Source of the DNA: Pseudomonadota bacterium
GTDB taxonomy: Bacteria; Verrucomicrobiota; Verrucomicrobiia; Limisphaerales; SXTU01
DNA: 64,000 nt
Direction of reading: 5' to 3'
Assembly (NCBI GenBank): GCA_009924135.1
Contig: RFSE01000004.1
Coordinates: forward strand, 12,893 to 76,892
How positions within the stretch are numbered: position 1 is the first letter of the stretch; the number at the start of each line of letters is the position of its first letter. Both the position numbers and the translations under genes were made by a program. This document shows positions 45,836 through 51,898 of this stretch, one piece after another. The notes beneath the pieces were generated by a model, which was given only the letters and a program-made list of their open reading frames with translations, searched no databases and was not told where the DNA came from.

Positions 45836-46296
45836 CAACCAAACCCTCCGTACTGATTCTTTGCACCGGCAACTCCTGCCGCAGCCATCTCGCTGAAGGC
45901 ATCCTGCGCTCCGTCGCGGGCGACATCCTCGAGGTTCACAGCGCCGGCTCGAAGCCCGCCGGCTACGTGCATCCGCTCGGCATCCAGGTCATGCACGAGA
46001 TCGGCATCGACATCTCGGCGCACTGCTCCAAGCACATGAACGACTTCCTCCAGCAGGACATCGAGACCGTCATCACCGTCTGCGGCAACGCCGATCAGGC
46101 GTGCCCGCTGTTTCCTGGGCAACTGAACCGGCACCACTGGGGTTTCGACGACCCGGCGCACGCCACGGGCAGCGAGGCGGAAAAGCTCGCGGTGTTCCGG
46201 CGCGTGCGGGACGAAATCCGCCGGGTGTTCACCGCGTACGCCGAGGGTCGCCGTGACCAGCTCAAGGCGGCGAAATCGGGTGGCCAAGCATCTTAG
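45832..46296 (+). CDS. arsC: Arsenate reductase, LMW-PTP (thioredoxin-coupled) type
   Basis: P-loop [14 protein letters not shown]. There is a 4-nt overlap with arsR. The stop TAG (46294-46296) lies in the MITE target duplication. Confidence 0.85.
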   Translation: MTTKPSVLILCTGNSCRSHLAEGILRSVAGDILEVHSAGSKPAGYVHPLGIQVMHEIGIDISAHCSKHMNDFLQQDIETVITVCGNADQACPLFPGQLNRHHWGFDDPAHATGSEAEKLAVFRRVRDEIRRVFTAYAEGRRDQLKAAKSGGQAS

Positions 46297-46492
46297 CCGG
46301 ACCGATTCATTAGCCACGGATGAAACACGGACGGAACACGGATGGGAACGCGATGAACACGCGTTTTGTCGCAGTTGCCTGCCTGGACCAAATGGTGCGG
46401 GTCAAAAAAGCGGGGCAAGGCGGTCCTTGCACAGTTGGTTCTGTGTTTAATCCGTGTTCCATCCGTGGCTCAACTGCATCGTCCCGGCTTAG
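46292..46492 (+). mobile_element. MITE, family A (about 200 bp), between arsC and arsD
   Basis: TIRs are GCCGGACCGATTCATTAGCCACGGATGAAACACGGA and the reverse complement of TCCGTGTTCCATCCGTGGCTCAACTGCATCGTCCCGGC. Flanked by direct TTA(G). The core shares CACGCGTTTTGTCGCAGTTGCCTG and GGTGCGGGTCAA with the inverted copy at 63053-63249. It has no coding capacity. Confidence 0.8.
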
Positions 46493-46622
46493 TCAAACTG
46501 TTATGGGTGGTTCACCCCATTCCCGTCTGCGCCCGCGGAGGCCAGCTTTGGCCAAGGCCGGGTGGGCGAACCGCAACCAGACAACCTAGTTTCAACTCAC
46601 CGATCCAACCGGCGACCCCCCC

Positions 46623-46955
46623 ATGAAAACCATCCAAGTTTACGACCCGCCGATGTGCTGCTCGACCGGCCTCTGCGGCAACGAGATCGACCCCGCGCTG
46701 GTAAGCTTCGCCGCACTCCTCACGCAGTTGAGCCAACAGGGCGTGACCGTGGAACGGTACAACCTCGGCCAGCAGCCGATGGCGTTTATCCAAAACCCGG
46801 TGGTGAAGGCGTTGCTCGACGCGGAAGGCGTGGCAGTCCTGCCGCTCCTCTTCGTGGACGGTGAGGTCCGTCTGAAAGGCCGCTACCTGAACGAGGCGGA
46901 ACGTGAAACGCTTTCCCGCAGTGCGCGCGGTGCAAGCGTCGAGGTGCCCTCGTGA
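46623..46955 (+). CDS. arsD: Arsenic metallochaperone/repressor ArsD
   Basis: MKTIQVYDPPMCCSTGLCG... (Cys12-Cys13-Cys18 motif), 110 aa. Confidence 0.9.
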   Translation: MKTIQVYDPPMCCSTGLCGNEIDPALVSFAALLTQLSQQGVTVERYNLGQQPMAFIQNPVVKALLDAEGVAVLPLLFVDGEVRLKGRYLNEAERETLSRSARGASVEVPS

Positions 46956-48751
46956 ACCTGCCGCCCTACGAGCCCGATCCCGCGACCACCACGCGCTACC
47001 TGTTCTTCACCGGCAAGGGCGGCGTGGGCAAGACCTCGCTCTCATGTGCGACCGCGTTGAAGTTGGCCGAAGCGGGCCGGCGGGTGTTGCTGGTCAGCAC
47101 GGACCCGGCCTCGAATCTCGACGAGGTGCTGGAATTCCCGCTCACCAACCAACCCCAACCCATCCCCGGCGCCCCAGGTCTGCAAGCCTTGAACATCAAT
47201 CCCGTGGCCGCTGCGGAAGCGTATCGCGAGCGGGTCATCGGGCCGATGCGCGGCCTGCTGCCCGAGGCGGCCTTGCGCAGCATGGCCGAGCAGCTCTCCG
47301 GTTCCTGCACGGTGGAGATCGCAGCCTTCGATGAGTTTTCCGGCCTGATCGGCAATCCCGAAACCACCACGGCTTACGACCACGTCATCTTTGACACCGC
47401 GCCGACCGGTCACACGCTGCGGCTCATGAGCCTGGCCAAGGCGTGGGACCAGTTTCTCGACCAGAACACCAGCGGCACGTCCTGTCTCGGGCCGCTGGCC
47501 GGTCTGGCAAAGCAGCGCACGATCTACGAAGGCACGGTCACGACGCTGGCCGATGCGACGGCGACGACACTGGTGCTGGTGAGCCGTCCGCAGTTGGCCG
47601 CGCTGACGGAGGCGGAGCGGACCTCGGCGGAGTTGCGCGCCCTGGGCGTAGGCAACCAACAACTGGTCATCAACGGCATCTTTGCCACGAACTGTCCCGC
47701 CGATGTGACCGCACAGGCCATGCAACGTCGCGGTCTGGCGGCCCTGACGGCGGCGCAGGCATTCATCGGCCGGTTGCCGAGTTTTATCGTGCCGCTGAAA
47801 CCCATCAACATTCTCGGTCTCGGCGGTCTCCGCGTGCTGCTGCAACGGGACGGGGGGACAACCTGCGCCTCAACCCCGGTCAATGACTGGACGGCTCCGG
47901 CCATGGAGAGCCTCGAAACCCTCGTGGCTGACCTTGAACGCCAGGGCAGCGGGGTCGTCATGACGATGGGCAAAGGGGGCGTGGGCAAGACGACCGTGGC
48001 GGCGGCGATCGCGGTGATGCTGGCGCGGCGCGGCCATGCGGTGCATTTGAGCACGACTGATCCCGCCGCGCATGTGGCCAAGACCCTGGCGGGGCAGGTG
48101 GTCGGTCTGACGCTCAGCAAGATTGATCCCGCCCTCGAGACGGCTGCCTATCAGGCCGAAGTCATGGCAGCCCAGGGTGGTAAAATGGATGCCGCCGGCC
48201 GGGCGTTGCTGGCCGAAGATTTACGGTCCCCCTGCACGGAGGAGATCGCGGTGTTTCGCGCCTTTGCCCGCGAGGTGGGGCACGGAGCCAACCGGTTCGT
48301 CGTGCTCGACACCGCCCCCACTGGACACACGCTCCTGCTGCTGGATGCCAGCGAGGCGTACAACCGCGAGTTGCAGCGGCAGACGCGCAGCACGCAGCCC
48401 GAGTCGGTGATGCGCCTGTTGGAGCGGCTGCGCGACCCGGTCTTCACACGCATCCTGCTGGTGACCTTGCCGGAGGCGACGCCGGTGCATGAGGCGGCGG
48501 CGTTGCAGGAAGATTTGCGCCGCGCGCACATCGAGCCGTTCGCGTGGGTCATCAACCAAAGCCTGCTCCACAGCGGTTCGTGCGATCCGCTCCTGCAATG
48601 TCGCGAGGAATCGGAACATCGCTACCTGCGGGAAGTGGTGCAGAAGCACGCCACCCGGACGGCCTGGCTGCCGTGGCAACCGGAAGAACCCACCGGCCCG
48701 GATGCCCTGGCCCGCCTGGCTGCCACGGGACTTAAAACAACAAGCAGATGA
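46952..48751 (+). CDS. arsA: Arsenite-stimulated ATPase ArsA (two homologous halves)
   Basis: GKGGVGKTS appears twice (N- and C-terminal halves) and DTAPTGHTL appears twice. There is a 4-nt overlap with arsD. Confidence 0.9.
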   Translation: MNLPPYEPDPATTTRYLFFTGKGGVGKTSLSCATALKLAEAGRRVLLVSTDPASNLDEVLEFPLTNQPQPIPGAPGLQALNINPVAAAEAYRERVIGPMRGLLPEAALRSMAEQLSGSCTVEIAAFDEFSGLIGNPETTTAYDHVIFDTAPTGHTLRLMSLAKAWDQFLDQNTSGTSCLGPLAGLAKQRTIYEGTVTTLADATATTLVLVSRPQLAALTEAERTSAELRALGVGNQQLVINGIFATNCPADVTAQAMQRRGLAALTAAQAFIGRLPSFIVPLKPINILGLGGLRVLLQRDGGTTCASTPVNDWTAPAMESLETLVADLERQGSGVVMTMGKGGVGKTTVAAAIAVMLARRGHAVHLSTTDPAAHVAKTLAGQVVGLTLSKIDPALETAAYQAEVMAAQGGKMDAAGRALLAEDLRSPCTEEIAVFRAFAREVGHGANRFVVLDTAPTGHTLLLLDASEAYNRELQRQTRSTQPESVMRLLERLRDPVFTRILLVTLPEATPVHEAAALQEDLRRAHIEPFAWVINQSLLHSGSCDPLLQCREESEHRYLREVVQKHATRTAWLPWQPEEPTGPDALARLAATGLKTTSR

Positions 48752-48867
48752 ACCCCCGGTGTGAGAACTCGAAACGGCCCAGTTTGGTCGGCTGGGCCTA
48801 TACCTGCTATGCCATCAGTGTGGAGTAACCGCATGACTCCATCCTTATCGGGCCAAAGAATTCCATT

Positions 48868-49086
48868 ATGACCTATCTCTACGAAACCATCCCTCTCCGC
48901 ACGGGTGACAAGCCTCGGCACTACGAAATCCAGCAGGGCATGAATGACGCCCCGCTCACCCGCCATCCCACCACCGGCGAAGCAATCCGGCGGGTCATAC
49001 TCGGCGGCTGGGGCCTGGTCACGCCCAAGCCGGGCGGCCCCACCAACTCGGGGAACTGCGGCTGCGGACCGGGCGATTGTTGCTGA
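48868..49086 (+). CDS. Small FmdB-like protein lacking the zinc-ribbon cysteines, with Cys-rich tail
   Basis: 72 aa. MTYLYETIP...HYEIQQGMNDAPLTRHPTTGEAIRRVILGG follows the FmdB/CxxC_CxxC_SSSS layout but with both CxxC pairs replaced. It ends GNCGCGPGDCC. Confidence 0.5.
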   Translation: MTYLYETIPLRTGDKPRHYEIQQGMNDAPLTRHPTTGEAIRRVILGGWGLVTPKPGGPTNSGNCGCGPGDCC

Positions 49087-49138
49087 TGCCCATTCGTAGA
49101 GGCCAGGAGGCCGGCCAAATCCTCGCCGCCAGCCCGGC

Positions 49139-50611
49139 TCAAACAAACGCTTCGCGGATGGCCTTGCCCGTGCCGGCCACGCCGGTGAGGCGTTCGGGCC
49201 GGCCGTTGTGCTCGAAGAAGAGGTCGTCATTCGCGAGGCCCATCGCATGGAGAATGGTCGCGTGAAAATCTTTCACTGATTTCGGGTCCTGCTCCGCCCG
49301 GAGGCCGATGGCATCCGTCGCGCCGATGCTCTGGCCGCCCTTCACGCCACCCCCGGCGAGCCAACCGGTAAAACCGTAGGGGTTGTGGTTTCGTCCCGCG
49401 CCGCCCTGCAACATCGGCGTGCGTCCGAATTCACCCGCCCAGATCACCAGCGTGTCATCAAGCAGGCCTCGCTGCTTCAAATCCGTGAGCAGCGCGCCCG
49501 TGGCCTGGTCGGTCTGATGCGCGTTGCGCTCGGCGTAGTCCTTGTTGTTGTCGTGGCCGTCCCACCCGTATTTGTCCACGCCCTGATAGACCTGCACCAC
49601 GCGCACCCCGCGTTCGAGCAGACGCCGCGCGAGCAGGCACTGGCGACCGTATTGGGCCTTGATGCGTTTCGGATCGTTCACGCCGTAAAGCTCAAGCGTC
49701 GCCGGTGTCTCACCGGACAAGTCCCCGACGTCCAACGCCTCGGACTGCATCCGGTAGGCCAGTTCGTAGCTCGCGATGCGCCCGTCGAGATCCAGCAGTC
49801 CCGGCCGCGCGTCGCGGTGCGTCTTGTTGAAGGACTGGATCAAGTCCAGCGTGTCGCGCTGCGTGCCGGCGAGTTCGGCGGGCGGCTTCAAGTTGAAGAC
49901 CGGCTCGCCCTCGTGCCGGAACTTCGTCGCCTGGAACGCCGCCGGGAGAAACGCGTTCGACCAGTTGGCCGTGCCGCCGAAGCCGCCCACTTGGAACAGC
50001 ACCACGAAGCCCGGCAGATTCTGGTTCTCCGAGCCGAGGCCGTAGGTCAGCCACGAGCCGACGCTGGGCCGGTCGCCCAGGATGACGCCGGTGTTCATCT
50101 GGTAGGTCGCGGGGGCGTGGTTCGACGAATCGCAGTGCAGCGACTTGATGAAGCAGAGTTCGTCCACGTGTTTCGCCGTGTGCGGCATCAGCTCGCTCAC
50201 CCACGCGCCGCACCGGCCGTGCTGCGCCCATTTCCAAGGGCCGGCCAGCAGCTCGTTCTTCGACGAGTTGAACACCCCGCCGACTTTGTCCTTGATGTTC
50301 CTGATGCTGTCCGGCACGGGCTTGCCGTGGAGCTTGAGCAGGTCGGGCTTGTAGTCAAACAGGTCCATGCCCGGCGGTGCGCCGTACTGGAAGAGCCAGA
50401 TCACGCGCTTGGCCCGGGCCGCGAAATGCGGCTGGCGCGGCGCGAGCGGGTTCATCAGGTCAATGCGCCGGTTCTGATTAAAATTCTGTCCGCGCGCGGA
50501 ATCCGCGAGCAGCGCGGACAACGCGAGCGCGCCGGCACCGCCACCGCACCGGAGCATGAAGTCACGGCGGGAGTATGGCACCGTATTGGGGTCTGGTATG
50601 AACGGGCTCAT
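49139..50611 (-). CDS. DUF1501 (sulfatase-fold) protein with Tat signal
   Basis: 490 aa. SRRDFMLRCGGGAGALALSALL (twin-arginine) and WLAGGGVKGG are typical of DUF1501. Confidence 0.85.
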   Translation of the reverse strand: MSPFIPDPNTVPYSRRDFMLRCGGGAGALALSALLADSARGQNFNQNRRIDLMNPLAPRQPHFAARAKRVIWLFQYGAPPGMDLFDYKPDLLKLHGKPVPDSIRNIKDKVGGVFNSSKNELLAGPWKWAQHGRCGAWVSELMPHTAKHVDELCFIKSLHCDSSNHAPATYQMNTGVILGDRPSVGSWLTYGLGSENQNLPGFVVLFQVGGFGGTANWSNAFLPAAFQATKFRHEGEPVFNLKPPAELAGTQRDTLDLIQSFNKTHRDARPGLLDLDGRIASYELAYRMQSEALDVGDLSGETPATLELYGVNDPKRIKAQYGRQCLLARRLLERGVRVVQVYQGVDKYGWDGHDNNKDYAERNAHQTDQATGALLTDLKQRGLLDDTLVIWAGEFGRTPMLQGGAGRNHNPYGFTGWLAGGGVKGGQSIGATDAIGLRAEQDPKSVKDFHATILHAMGLANDDLFFEHNGRPERLTGVAGTGKAIREAFV

Positions 50612-51405
50612 GCAAGGCTATTCAAAACACCCTCCAGAGAATCGCGTAGAAACGCGAGGAAATTGGGGCTTTGCAGGCGTTTCGGCAGCATCGCAATTGC
50701 AGCCACAAGCAGGACAACCCCAAAGGTGAGATAATTGGCCCGGATGACGCTGGTCAAAAAGCTGGCATCTGGATGCTGTCGGCGAGCAAGCGCAGCAACC
50801 ACACGTTCTTCCCATACCGAAGTCAGACCGATGCCTATCGCCAGTCCAGTTACGATGTATCCAAATTTTAGAATCCAATAGAGGGCGAAGTGACGGGTTT
50901 CCAGTTGGTACGCGGAGACGGTAAAAAGAATCGTGCTTACCACTACCAAGGTGACCATGCCCCAGGCGACGTGATCCGGCTGCAGGCGGCTTGCCCATCG
51001 CCAGCGGCTGATTTGCACGACCCGTGCAGCTGGGATGCGGGAGAGAAAGTACACCAACGGAAATATCGCGAGGCCAAAGACCGGGATCGTAGGTGGAATT
51101 AAGAGCAGTATCCCTATGACCGTGGTGACAACATTACCAAGGCACAGATAGCCAATCGCCTCAAACCAGCGTAACCGCCGCTCGAGAAATGCAAACGCTA
51201 CGCTCTTAAACAAGACAGTTGCCCCGAGCGAAGCGATGGCAACAACCCCGGGTCCCGCGTATATGACGGCAAGTTGGACAACGGGGGTGCAAGCAGCCGC
51301 CGACATCGGCAGGCCGACGACTAGCACCGTCAAAAACAACAGCTTCACACCGAAGAGTAATCCCTTCGGAATTGTCGCTGGCTGTCTCTCAGTCCACATA
51401 CACAA
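50608..51405 (-). CDS. Polytopic membrane protein of unknown function (translationally coupled to DUF1501)
   Basis: About 6-7 hydrophobic helices. The stop overlaps the DUF1501 start (ATGA). The start is uncertain: TTG 51405, ATG 51399 or GTG 51348, the last giving MKLLFLTVLVVGL. Confidence 0.6.
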   Translation of the reverse strand: MCMWTERQPATIPKGLLFGVKLLFLTVLVVGLPMSAAACTPVVQLAVIYAGPGVVAIASLGATVLFKSVAFAFLERRLRWFEAIGYLCLGNVVTTVIGILLLIPPTIPVFGLAIFPLVYFLSRIPAARVVQISRWRWASRLQPDHVAWGMVTLVVVSTILFTVSAYQLETRHFALYWILKFGYIVTGLAIGIGLTSVWEERVVAALARRQHPDASFLTSVIRANYLTFGVVLLVAAIAMLPKRLQSPNFLAFLRDSLEGVLNSLA

Positions 51406-51448
51406 ACGCGTTTACGTTCACCGGCGCGCTACGAAATTTCAGCATGGC
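51389..51448 (-). pseudogene. Remnant of a DUF1553-protein C-terminus
   Basis: The minus frame reads AMLKFRSAPVNVNAFVYVD*, compared with the genuine C-terminus at 51899, ...LPEFCRALLNVNEFVYVD*. The DNA is alignable over about 57 nt. Confidence 0.5.
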
Positions 51449-51648
51449 CGGCGTTCCAGCTCTTCGATCAGTTTCTCGATCCGTTGCAAGGCGGCCTGTG
51501 ACGATTTGCTCCTTCGCTCCCAACGTTTGTCGCGCTCCGCCATCTCCTTCTGAATTACGGCAACGTGCCGGTCATATTCGCGCAGTGCCGTGAGGAAATC
51601 GGCCTCGGTAACTTCCCCCTTCGCAAGGGGTGGAGGTTTGGTCTGCAT
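51439..51648 (-). CDS. Small hypothetical coiled-coil protein
   Basis: 69-aa ORF MQTKPPPLAKGEVTEADFLTALREYDRHVAVIQKEMAERDKRWERRSKSSQAALQRIEKLIEELERRPC with non-shadow composition. No family assigned. Confidence 0.4.
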   Translation of the reverse strand: MQTKPPPLAKGEVTEADFLTALREYDRHVAVIQKEMAERDKRWERRSKSSQAALQRIEKLIEELERRPC

Positions 51649-51698
51649 AGTCTAGAAATTAGTCCTGGCGATGGAACTGGTCAATGCGCTGATTCAAT

Positions 51699-51894
51699 GG
51701 GCGCATCTTGACACTGCCCCCGGAGCGCGGCTGTGTCCCGCTCGGCGCGGGATCAGCCGCAGCAACGACAGAAGGCTGAGCGGGGGCGTAACGCCGCACC
51801 GCCTCCTGCCAGGCGCAGCCGCTGCGGCTGGTCTCCGCGACACAGCCGCGCTCCGGAAGTGTTCGTTCCTCGGGGGCAGTGGCAAGATGCGCCC
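51699..51894. mobile_element. MITE, family B (196 bp) with about 65-bp TIRs and a perfect 9-bp target-site duplication
   Basis: The left end is GGGCGCATCTTGACACTGCCCCCGGAGCGCGGCTGTGTC... The right end, reverse-complemented, is GGGCGCATCTTGCCACTGCCCCCGAGG..CCGGAGCGCGGCTGTGTC... Direct TGATTCAAT occurs at 51690-51698 and 51895-51903. Confidence 0.85.
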
Positions 51895-51898
51895 TGAT

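Noticed and set aside
44795-45838. 347-aa minus-strand ORF antisense to the Mo-oxidoreductase and arsR genes
   Set aside because: It is a shadow ORF crossing two plus-strand genes and their promoter region.
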